Source of the DNA: a virus
Lineage: Duplodnaviria; Heunggongvirae; Uroviricota; Caudoviricetes
Reading direction: 5' to 3' (one strand)
IMG/VR virus record: IMGVR_UViG_3300037488_002392
Length of the DNA: 19,271 bases
Position 1 is the stretch's first letter. Every line of letters starts with the position of its first letter. Position numbers and translations under genes: made by a program. The notes below the pieces were generated by a model, which was not told the DNA's origin, made no database searches, and worked only from the letters and a program-made list of their open reading frames with translations. This document shows, in pieces, positions 1 to 7,257 of this stretch.

Positions 1-74
1 CTGTCCCAACGCTGTAGCGTATTCGTGGTTCTAGATACCAAACCCGCAAACTCATTTGGTCTATATGTATTCAT
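1..74 (-). CDS. N-terminus (partial, runs off the window) of a MerR-type HTH protein, probably IS607-family serine recombinase TnpA
   Basis: Manual translation from ATG at 74: MNTYRPNEFAGLVSRTTNTLQRWD, matching the IS607 TnpA-type pattern YxxxEFAxxxxxxxxTLxRWD. Only 24 codons visible. Confidence 0.55.
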   Translation of the reverse strand, partial: MNTYRPNEFAGLVSRTTNTLQRWD

Positions 75-81
75 TGTCCAC

Positions 82-111
82 ACTATAACATATGTTTATA
101 TACATTATCAA
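82..111 (-). promoter_or_regulatory. sigma70-like promoter for the gene starting at 74
   Basis: TTGATA (111-106), 18-bp spacer ending in TGT, TATAGT (87-82); ATG lies 7 nt downstream of the -10 box. Confidence 0.5.
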
Positions 112-320
112 CTACTCAGTTAATCTCCTTTTGCCACTCATACTTTTGCACTAATGCCCTCTGAGAGGTCAAAATTAGCGTTTTTTCTAGACTTACATCT
201 AATTGTACCACACCGACATGATTTGTGCAGTATAATTTATTGTACAGTCGGGGTAAATTGGGGAAACAACTGTTAGTTATTTTAGATTTAGTTGTTTTAG
301 GTATTTTCTTGTGCCATCAT

Positions 321-602
321 TTATTTCACAGTGACAACATACGCCGCCCTATCCTTTGCTATATATAGGGCTTCTTGTTCATCCAAGTTCTGAAACCATT
401 TATAGGTTCCCCATGAATCTTGGTAGCAAGCAGAACAAACTACGAAGCAATTCATATATTGATGTTTTTTAGTACGGTAAGGTATTGTTGCAAGGAAACG
501 GTCTGTTGCATCGGGCATAGTAGCATTGCATCTCAAGCAGTAATCTTGATGGCAAAGCTCAACCCTTGCTGCAAGCTCTTGCTTATCAGTAAGATTAATC
601 AT
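321..602 (-). CDS. Small Zn-binding protein with degenerate HNH-like layout (93 aa)
   Basis: CLRC ... NCFVVCSAC, reminiscent of HNH CxxC ... NxxxxCxxC; ATGA overlap with the polymerase stop (599-602). Confidence 0.55.
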   Translation of the reverse strand: MINLTDKQELAARVELCHQDYCLRCNATMPDATDRFLATIPYRTKKHQYMNCFVVCSACYQDSWGTYKWFQNLDEQEALYIAKDRAAYVVTVK

Positions 603-1768
603 AATTTGACCTCCTTATCTACCAGTACTCCATCTACCGCAATGTGGATGACGTGGTCAACTAAGTTATTATCCAATATAAAACGGGCAACTGCTAGGCG
701 AGTGCCTACCTCGACTTCGCACCCCCACGGAGCGTTAAAATATTCTCCTGCTGTTTCTCCAAAGTCAACTTGGAGACAGCGACCCCACATCCCAGACATA
801 ATTCTTTTTACAATCTTACGCTCCATACCCTTTGCAGTTTCCTTTTTGGTATAAAGCCATTCGATAATCTTCTTGAGAGGGTAGTTTATTTTTTCGGGGA
901 AGAACCACCAAGCTTCATCTAACTGGAAGTCACCGATGCCGTACTTTTTAATGAACTCGATTTCCTTCTTATTCAGGAATGTCTCCCATTCACCTTTGGG
1001 GGTATAGCTTACTTCATTAGTCTTAGAGTAGATAATGGGGGAGAAATCAGATGTTATGTTGACTATTCCTTTAGCATAACCGTAATAGGCATCCTCTTGC
1101 CACTTATCAGTTTTAATCCACGTTCCCAATCGGGTGTCGATGCACTTTGTTAGTTGGAAAGGATATGCGCTGACAATATCTAAGTCATAAACCTTGTCCC
1201 ATTTTCCTACCTGAAATGCTGAGACCCAAGGGCCGTGACAACAGTTATAAGCGTACTCAGATGCTTCGGGGGGGATATCTGCAAAATCGGGTAGGTTTAA
1301 TTTAGAGAATATCTCTTTATCAAATGCGGAAATAGGGCTTACAAGGGTCTTAGGGTGCAGTCCAAGTTTACTTAGGGCATTGTATACCTGCCCACCCAAT
1401 TTGCAGGCTTCCTTAGCCTTATTAAGGGGGTCTCCGACTAAATCCCATCGTTCCATGTACTGAGAAGCGTCAGCCATGACAACGAATTTATCCTCTTTCT
1501 CGATGGAGAAGAATTTCTTGGGGACATACTTAAATTTATATCCTGAAAGTTTTAGTTCGCTGGTTTCGTAGAGTTTGAGTAGATTTGCGTTGCTTATTTT
1601 CAGGATAGAGCATAAATTGCTGACCATGAAATCTAGATGATAACAGATACGTAACGTATCCTTCTCTTTAAGTAGGAATTCGATGTAGGGTGGTTCTTTG
1701 CATATGTCACCATTGGAAGTAACGATGGCACGGCTATCCCTGTCTAAATGATATCCAAGGATTTGCAT
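599..1768 (-). CDS. Short, divergent family-B DNA polymerase-like protein of the protein-primed/organellar-viral type (389 aa)
   Basis: Motif A YDLDIVSAYP, TPR1-like segment (TPKGEWETFLNKKEIEF...IIEWLYTKK), motif B-like KRIMSGMWG, motif C-like IAVDG; the protein ends 8 residues after AVDG. TAATG overlap with the upstream gene. Confidence 0.7.
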   Translation of the reverse strand: MQILGYHLDRDSRAIVTSNGDICKEPPYIEFLLKEKDTLRICYHLDFMVSNLCSILKISNANLLKLYETSELKLSGYKFKYVPKKFFSIEKEDKFVVMADASQYMERWDLVGDPLNKAKEACKLGGQVYNALSKLGLHPKTLVSPISAFDKEIFSKLNLPDFADIPPEASEYAYNCCHGPWVSAFQVGKWDKVYDLDIVSAYPFQLTKCIDTRLGTWIKTDKWQEDAYYGYAKGIVNITSDFSPIIYSKTNEVSYTPKGEWETFLNKKEIEFIKKYGIGDFQLDEAWWFFPEKINYPLKKIIEWLYTKKETAKGMERKIVKRIMSGMWGRCLQVDFGETAGEYFNAPWGCEVEVGTRLAVARFILDNNLVDHVIHIAVDGVLVDKEVKL

Positions 1769-2259
1769 TAACGAGTCCTACGAACCCGCCTAATGAGTTT
1801 GGGTCGGGAGGGGTAAAGAGGACGCTTGGGTATAGTGCGAACCTTAGTGGCTTCATGTAGGTGCCTAGCGTATAATTTTCCGAATGTACGGGTAAGCCTA
1901 CTTCTATTCCTTTTTTTAATGGACGACATAAAATCTGTGAGAGGCTCTTTTCTTCTATATTCGGCTTTGAGGAAATCCCAAGGATTTCGTTTAGCACCTA
2001 GCCTATAATACTCTGAGATTTTCCCCTTTATTTCCATGTCAGTCCATCCAGCTTTGCGAAGGTCTGCACAATATCGTCTACGACTTCTTCGCATCGCTAA
2101 AAATGGCTTAGAATTGAAATTGACATCTTGTTTAACTATATTCCTGGGGCTTGCAGGGGAACCTACGTTTCCACCCGTAGCACGGGAGAACGCTAAAATT
2201 TCCGAGATAGTGAACCCATCATCTAAAAGAAGGCGTTTTTGGTTCTTATTAAGTGCCAT
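1768..2259 (-). CDS. Highly basic hypothetical protein (163 aa), probable nucleic-acid binder
   Basis: Arg/Lys-rich. Start moved to ATG 2259 (MALNK), which has AAGGAG 8 nt upstream. Coupled to the polymerase gene. Confidence 0.75.
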   Translation of the reverse strand: MALNKNQKRLLLDDGFTISEILAFSRATGGNVGSPASPRNIVKQDVNFNSKPFLAMRRSRRRYCADLRKAGWTDMEIKGKISEYYRLGAKRNPWDFLKAEYRRKEPLTDFMSSIKKRNRSRLTRTFGKLYARHLHEATKVRTIPKRPLYPSRPKLIRRVRRTR

Positions 2260-3871
2260 AGTATAATCTCCTTTCACGTACTTGTATTGCTAATGCTGGT
2301 TGGAAAGGGTGGTCAATTCTGTTTCCTAGAGATATGTTGTCTTTCCCCCAAAGAGGGATTAAGTTGCTTTTATCCCAGCACCTACGGAAATCGTAATCAT
2401 TTGGCGTAGTGTAGTTAAACAAGCTGATAGGTATTTTATGATGAACATGCCAACCATGATTTTTGTTGCCGTAGTTATCCCAAGACATACCTTCAGTGAA
2501 GTTATTTTCTAAATGCTCTTTTAGTTCATCTGTTGTATATCCAACTAAATCTTGCCATCGTTTGCTGTTCTTATATCTACGTAGCGAAAGATATAAGTAG
2601 GTGCTCATATTGCTATTCAATCTAACTATTGGGTCTGTTTGTCTTCGTATTCTACATCTATTATTTCCTTTTATGCGTTGGCATTGTTTGCACGTAGTGC
2701 GTATTCCACTGTAAACACCCTCACCCTTCCTGAAGTAGTCAAGAGTAGCTGGGTATATATTATGACAAGTAGTGCATTCCTCTAACAATTTGTAAGCTTT
2801 TTCGAATTTACCCTTTTTATTATATTTGCTACAATCGTAGCACTGGTTTGTGCGTGGTATACCCTTCACTAATATTATCCAAAACCCATTATTGCAAGTA
2901 ATACATTCGTTATACAGGAAGCGAGAGTTACCTTTTCTGCCTATTTCTCTAGCATGTAGTATGTCTCCTATATTTGGAGTATATTTTTTGAGTTGGTCTA
3001 ACGTTAAATATGGGGTTTTAGTCATAGACTTACACATATTGCTTGCACGTATTCTATCGCAATCTAAGCAAGTGAGTGTTTCTGGCTTTCCTCGTTTCAA
3101 CCTTGACCATCTTGTTTTACCGCATGTAGCACAAGCATTCCATATGACCTTCCCTTTCTCTCCTAGCCCTAGTGCTTTACGGTGCCTTATGTCCCCAATC
3201 TGCGGTATATATAAAGATAACTCATTATCAGATAGGGGCTTGATAGCTCGTGATAGCTTGAAGCATTCTAAACATATGTAGCTTTTTTGATGCACTCCTT
3301 TTTTAGTTCTAATCCAATCTTGTTTTTTGCAACCATCACAAGCATACCATTCCCAATAACCACCACTTTCTAAGCCAATATATTTGCTATAACGGATATC
3401 TCCTAATTGCGGGGAATATTTAGCTATTTCTTCAGGAGTGGGAAACTTTTTATTATGTTCAGCTACCCTATGCTCATATCCACATTTAAGACAGCGTTGA
3501 GATACTGGTTTACCTTTCACACAATGAGACCATCTGCCGTTTTTGCAATCATGGCATACATTCCATATCCAGTTACCTTCCCAGCTAACAACCGCACCAA
3601 TTTCCTCAGATGTTCTTATTTCTCCCTCAACTGGGATATGGTCATTAGGAAGCTTAGGTTTTAGTGGAATAAAATTGTTTTCTCCCATAATAATATAGGC
3701 ACATTTGCGGCAATGTGGACTTTGTGGCTTACCTTTTTCATATTGTACCCATCTGCATTCACCACATTTCTCACATGGATACCAAATAAATCTATTTTTG
3801 AAAGAAGTATTGGTTTTGCCAATCTCATATCCCCGCCGTATCTCTCCCAGTTCTGGTTGTTCGATGCTCAT
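2249..3871 (-). CDS. HNH endonuclease with five tandem N-terminal Zn-ribbon repeats and a sixth, different Zn finger (540 aa)
   Basis: Five G[ED]I[RL]-x4-[IL]G...CxxC...W...G...CxxC units (aa ~6-347), then CTTC...CKQC, then a C-terminal GMSWDNYG...WHVHHKIP...NLIPLWGKDNISLGN HNH domain. Confidence 0.8.
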   Translation of the reverse strand: MSIEQPELGEIRRGYEIGKTNTSFKNRFIWYPCEKCGECRWVQYEKGKPQSPHCRKCAYIIMGENNFIPLKPKLPNDHIPVEGEIRTSEEIGAVVSWEGNWIWNVCHDCKNGRWSHCVKGKPVSQRCLKCGYEHRVAEHNKKFPTPEEIAKYSPQLGDIRYSKYIGLESGGYWEWYACDGCKKQDWIRTKKGVHQKSYICLECFKLSRAIKPLSDNELSLYIPQIGDIRHRKALGLGEKGKVIWNACATCGKTRWSRLKRGKPETLTCLDCDRIRASNMCKSMTKTPYLTLDQLKKYTPNIGDILHAREIGRKGNSRFLYNECITCNNGFWIILVKGIPRTNQCYDCSKYNKKGKFEKAYKLLEECTTCHNIYPATLDYFRKGEGVYSGIRTTCKQCQRIKGNNRCRIRRQTDPIVRLNSNMSTYLYLSLRRYKNSKRWQDLVGYTTDELKEHLENNFTEGMSWDNYGNKNHGWHVHHKIPISLFNYTTPNDYDFRRCWDKSNLIPLWGKDNISLGNRIDHPFQPALAIQVRERRLYYGT

Positions 3872-3893
3872 AACTATATTTTACCACATTCAC

Positions 3894-4118
3894 TTAAAGT
3901 TTTTTAAGGTTAGCCATTTTAGATTTATGGATTTCATATTCACGTTTGCCTACTTGTGTAATGGTATCTGTAGCGTTATCGTACACACAATAGGCTGTTT
4001 TCGTATTGATTTTATCTCTGATGATTGTGTAGAGTATATATAATCCAACCAATATAGCGAGTATGAATAGCCAAGGGAAGGCTATGAATAATATAATGGC
4101 TATTATTATTTTATCCAT
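3894..4118 (-). CDS. Small membrane protein (74 aa)
   Basis: Start moved to MDKIIIAIIL (4118), overlapping the upstream stop; long N-terminal hydrophobic stretch. Confidence 0.65.
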   Translation of the reverse strand: MDKIIIAIILFIAFPWLFILAILVGLYILYTIIRDKINTKTAYCVYDNATDTITQVGKREYEIHKSKMANLKKL

Positions 4119-4509
4119 TCTGTTGTCTTGCCTTAACTTCCCTAGCGTGCTCAATCAGGTTCTTAAATTCATCTTGTGGCATAGTACGTTTCCTGCGGGT
4201 TTTCTGCACAACCAAATCATCAATTGGAATTATGTGCAATTTGGTATGCATGTAGTCATTAAGCTCTTGTATGGGGTACTCAAGGGCTTTAGAACAGGCA
4301 ATAATGAATGGGTACTTGTAGGCTAATGTTAATCTGTCGGGGTTGATAGGGTCATTCTTGTCCTTGACCTTGTAGTCTATCCATATCTGGATGTTGCCTT
4401 TGCGTGGCTTTCCCATGTCATCGAGTAAGCGAAAACGTGCAATCCCTATATGGGGAGTTGTCCTGTCTCCGTACCAGATTGGTTGACGCAGATGTATCTC
4501 GTTCATCAA
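4111..4509 (-). CDS. Hypothetical protein (132 aa)
   Basis: ORF in the coupled minus-strand chain, with ATGA overlap at 4506-4509. Confidence 0.7.
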   Translation of the reverse strand: MMNEIHLRQPIWYGDRTTPHIGIARFRLLDDMGKPRKGNIQIWIDYKVKDKNDPINPDRLTLAYKYPFIIACSKALEYPIQELNDYMHTKLHIIPIDDLVVQKTRRKRTMPQDEFKNLIEHAREVKARQQNG

Positions 4510-4691
4510 AATTCACCTACCTCATCATTGATTATCTCCATATTGTATTTACCGTCATCACATTTTGGTGATATGCAGAGTAATTGTGTTTTGATTTTAC
4601 CGTTCTTTTCTACTATATCTATGGCGTTATGATAGCGTGATGATATGTAGAATATCGGTATTAACTCAGTTTTGCATTTAGGGCACTTCAA
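4506..4691 (-). CDS. Small Zn-ribbon protein (61 aa)
   Basis: CPKC ... CISPKCDDG; paralogous to 4688-4888. Confidence 0.65.
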   Translation of the reverse strand: MKCPKCKTELIPIFYISSRYHNAIDIVEKNGKIKTQLLCISPKCDDGKYNMEIINDEVGEF

Positions 4692-4888
4692 AACGGTAAA
4701 TCCTTTGACTCAGGCACGCTGGCATTATGTCTTCCATCATCACAAGAGGGGTTATTGCAGATTAACCAGCATTGGGGGAACCCCTGCTCGTCTTTTATCT
4801 CTATGGGGTTCTTGAAATCCATTGCTATTCCTGCGAAGACTGACTGTAACAATTTTCCGCATTTAACACATCTCATTCGTTTTTCCAC
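4688..4888 (-). CDS. Small Zn-ribbon protein (66 aa)
   Basis: CVKC ... CNNPSCDDG. Confidence 0.65.
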   Translation of the reverse strand: MEKRMRCVKCGKLLQSVFAGIAMDFKNPIEIKDEQGFPQCWLICNNPSCDDGRHNASVPESKDLPF

Positions 4889-5067
4889 TCCTCATGCTTG
4901 AAATATTTGTAGTCACGCTTAGACATGTGTGCCACTATTGCCATAAAGGTTACAATTGTACAGGCGAAGTATTCCCAAGTGTTATTATTGCCTATTATTG
5001 AGTCAATTGCCCAAGGAATAAGGAATCCTATGATTGCGTAAATAAAGTATCGCACGAAGTATTTCAT
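4873..5067 (-). CDS. Small two-TM membrane protein (64 aa)
   Basis: Two hydrophobic segments; GGAGG SD upstream. Confidence 0.65.
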   Translation of the reverse strand: MKYFVRYFIYAIIGFLIPWAIDSIIGNNNTWEYFACTIVTFMAIVAHMSKRDYKYFKHEEWKNE

Positions 5068-5309
5068 TTTGGTTCCTCCTCTATTCGTTTTTCGATAGCT
5101 ACTATGAAATCGCTTACTATTGTGACTAAGTTGCCCAAAGACTGTTTTAATGTGATGGATAAGTAGTGGGTTGATTGTAATCCAACAGTGTAGGATATTA
5201 TTCTACCAGAAAAGGTTTGACCTATTGTTGTGTGAATGGTTACAAATGGTTGCTCATCTACTGATTTACTGTTATCACAATAAGGCAATAAGAGTATTTT
5301 ATCTATCAC
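5064..5309 (-). CDS. Hypothetical protein (81 aa)
   Basis: GTG start next to the upstream stop; ATGA overlap downstream. Confidence 0.6.
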   Translation of the reverse strand: MIDKILLLPYCDNSKSVDEQPFVTIHTTIGQTFSGRIISYTVGLQSTHYLSITLKQSLGNLVTIVSDFIVAIEKRIEEEPK

Positions 5310-5310
5310 C

Positions 5311-5712
5311 TTACACTGCCGCCTTGAGGGAATTCCTCATCCACTCAAACGCCATTTCCTTCAAGTCTTCGGGGATTGATACTACACCCGAAACCATTAT
5401 ATCTGTAATACATTTTACTGCTACCTGAGCCTCAATTGAAATGTCCTTAGTGTTCTTGGGCTGCTGTTGAATCATTTTCTTTGCCTCCATTATATCCTGA
5501 CATCGCTCGATATCCTTTACATAATCTCTTCCAGTGGCAGCAGTTGCCATAATTAATTTTACGGCAGTTCCTGATTGGAGTATGCTCCACTTCTTTTCTA
5601 GCCATGAGCCAATACCATAGGTGTTCCCATCCTTATCGGTGAGCTTGATGTATTTTTTGCCATCCTTTTCGGCATCTTCTACGTGGTCTACGACAGTAAT
5701 CACATCGGTCAT
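5311..5712 (-). CDS. Hypothetical protein, possible OB-fold ssDNA binder (133 aa)
   Basis: Start moved to MTDVI (ATGA overlap at 5709-5712). Beta-rich N-terminus; C-terminal DISIEAQVAVKC motif shared with 12274-12603. Confidence 0.65.
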   Translation of the reverse strand: MTDVITVVDHVEDAEKDGKKYIKLTDKDGNTYGIGSWLEKKWSILQSGTAVKLIMATAATGRDYVKDIERCQDIMEAKKMIQQQPKNTKDISIEAQVAVKCITDIMVSGVVSIPEDLKEMAFEWMRNSLKAAV

Positions 5713-5882
5713 TTTATCTCTGGTTCCTTGCCACATTTGGGACAAAACTTGAAATGGTTAAGCAGTCTATCTCCGCACTGTGTACATTCCTTTAGGTCTT
5801 CCATCGCTGCACCGTCTTGGTGGCAAAATTTATGGGAATCGTTGATGGTTACGTTCTTGCATATTGGGCATTGTTTAGTCAT
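5709..5882 (-). CDS. Double zinc-ribbon protein (57 aa)
   Basis: Start moved to MTKQC (5882, AGGAAGGA upstream); CPIC...FCHQDG...CTQCG...FCPKCG. Confidence 0.7.
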   Translation of the reverse strand: MTKQCPICKNVTINDSHKFCHQDGAAMEDLKECTQCGDRLLNHFKFCPKCGKEPEIK

Positions 5883-6060
5883 CTTTTTCCTTCCTATTAA
5901 TAGATTTTCCGCATTTTGGGCAGCAATTGTAAAAATACAGCAAGTCCCTGCCGCACTCGCACCTTTCTCTTCCAGTAAGGGTTGCTCCACATTTATAGCA
6001 AAATGAGTCTCCTTCTACGTGTGAATCAAGGGGGTGGTTAACGCATACTAAGTTTGCCAT
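5875..6060 (-). CDS. Double zinc-ribbon protein (61 aa)
   Basis: CVNH...FCYKCG...CECG...CCPKCG; GGAGG SD. Confidence 0.7.
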   Translation of the reverse strand: MANLVCVNHPLDSHVEGDSFCYKCGATLTGRERCECGRDLLYFYNCCPKCGKSINRKEKDD

Positions 6061-6062
6061 AG

Positions 6063-6233
6063 CTAGTCCTCCTCTGTTAAGTCATATATTCTTTGTGTGA
6101 AATAGTCCTTAACCACTTCACGTATAGCTTTCTGTGATTCAGGGGATAAATTTTTATAAGGTATTCCGTACTTGAGAAGCGATTCTGCCTGTTTGGCTTC
6201 TTTAAAGGCTTTAGTAAGTTTATCTTCCTGCAT
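6063..6233 (-). CDS. Small hypothetical protein (56 aa, not in ORF track)
   Basis: MQEDKLTKAFKEAKQAESLLKYGIPYKNLSPESQKAIREVVKDYFTQRIYDLTEED; AGGAGG 4 nt before the ATG. Confidence 0.7.
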   Translation of the reverse strand: MQEDKLTKAFKEAKQAESLLKYGIPYKNLSPESQKAIREVVKDYFTQRIYDLTEED

Positions 6234-6408
6234 GTTTCCTCCTTAGATATTCATCAGCATCCTTTATTATCTGTTTCCTATCCACAAATCCAGCATAAGC
6301 TACAACAAGTGTTTCAGAGTCTCGTAACTCGTAAACCTTGGGGGCTATTTCTATAAGCCTTATTCCCTGCTCTTCTTGTGATGGTGATAGGATACCAAGC
6401 TTACGCAT
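6220..6408 (-). CDS. Hypothetical protein (62 aa)
   Basis: TAATG overlap with the upstream ORF. Confidence 0.6.
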   Translation of the reverse strand: MRKLGILSPSQEEQGIRLIEIAPKVYELRDSETLVVAYAGFVDRKQIIKDADEYLRRKHAGR

Positions 6409-6581
6409 TACGCTGTAATCCGTTTACCCATAACATTGATGGATATCTTGAGTCCAGTTCCTGGTACTTCCTTGAAGCCACCCGATGTGAATACCAACAT
6501 ACTTTTCCCTGAGTGGGAGCGTTTGGCGGGAGTTAGCTCCATCTTGACTGTTAGAATGTTGTCTTTAAGTGTTGCTTCCAT
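6408..6581 (-). CDS. Small beta-rich protein with an SxSGKS...TSGG motif (57 aa, not in ORF track)
   Basis: MEATLKDNILTVKMELTPAKRSHSGKSMLVFTSGGFKEVPGTGLKISINVMGKRITA; AAGGAG SD. Resembles a widespread ~60-aa bacterial/phage family of unknown function. Confidence 0.65.
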   Translation of the reverse strand: MEATLKDNILTVKMELTPAKRSHSGKSMLVFTSGGFKEVPGTGLKISINVMGKRITA

Positions 6582-6735
6582 CCTTCTTCTCCTTGCAATA
6601 AACCAATTTAAGGCATTTATTGCAGGTTATTTCTGAATCGTTATCAGTTAACCTATGTGTTTTGTGGCTCATCATCTTACCGCAAATTGCGAAAAGCGTG
6701 GAGTACCCATGCCGTTTATGAACCAGTTCTGTCAT
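6565..6735 (-). CDS. Small Zn-finger protein (56 aa, not in ORF track)
   Basis: MTELVHKRHGYSTLFAICGK...EITCNKCLK: H..CG..TCxxC layout; overlaps both neighbours. Confidence 0.55.
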   Translation of the reverse strand: MTELVHKRHGYSTLFAICGKMMSHKTHRLTDNDSEITCNKCLKLVYCKEKKDGSNT

Positions 6736-6877
6736 TCTTTTTCATCCTCTGTAGTTTAGGGCGGTGATTGAAATTCTTGCAGTCGCATTCTTCTACTAAG
6801 CATTTTCCTGCGTTGAGATTGTGCTGGTGCCGTGCGTGTTCACATTTACACACCTGCGCTTTGCCTGATTTTGTCAT
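6716..6877 (-). CDS. Small Cys/His Zn-finger protein (53 aa, not in ORF track)
   Basis: MTKSGKAQVCKCEHARHQHNLNAGKCLVEECDCKNF...; GGAGG SD 6 nt before the ATG. Confidence 0.65.
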   Translation of the reverse strand: MTKSGKAQVCKCEHARHQHNLNAGKCLVEECDCKNFNHRPKLQRMKKNDRTGS

Positions 6878-7055
6878 TCTTTTCCTCCATATTTAAGTTT
6901 GATATTGGTTTCCATCCGTGGTTACCCATTTTCATTATTATGCATGTAGGCGGTTTACCAGCGGCTTCCCATGCTTGGAATGTATCCTGTGTCCAATCAT
7001 CGTGGCATTCTTTTGTTGTGGGAACGAACACCCTATATTGTCTGTATTTTTCCAT
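6846..7055 (-). CDS. Hypothetical protein (69 aa)
   Basis: GGAGG SD; overlapping chain. Confidence 0.6.
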   Translation of the reverse strand: MEKYRQYRVFVPTTKECHDDWTQDTFQAWEAAGKPPTCIIMKMGNHGWKPISNLNMEEKNDKIRQSAGV

Positions 7056-7245
7056 AATGACCTCCGTTATTGAGCCTATTCGATAGTATCAAGTATCTAT
7101 CCGCAATGGCTTGTACCTGTGTTGACGTGGTATTTTGTGGCAAGTAATATATATCATTGCCTTCGGGGTTGATCAGTGATATCAAGTTTCCGTTAGGCTT
7201 AGAGAGTTTCAGTCCTGCCATTTTCTGCGTAGTGGTTAACTCCAC
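7033..7245 (-). CDS. Hypothetical protein (70 aa)
   Basis: GTG start with AGGAGG SD. Confidence 0.6.
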   Translation of the reverse strand: MELTTTQKMAGLKLSKPNGNLISLINPEGNDIYYLPQNTTSTQVQAIADRYLILSNRLNNGGHYGKIQTI

Positions 7246-7257
7246 AATAATATCCTC

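Noticed and set aside
115-320. Imperfect hairpin (CCGAC...GTCGG, ~212-251) and an ATG-less open frame as a possible IS end, origin or gene
   Set aside because: Weak pairing in AT-rich sequence, no iterons or clear end repeats, and no usable start codon.
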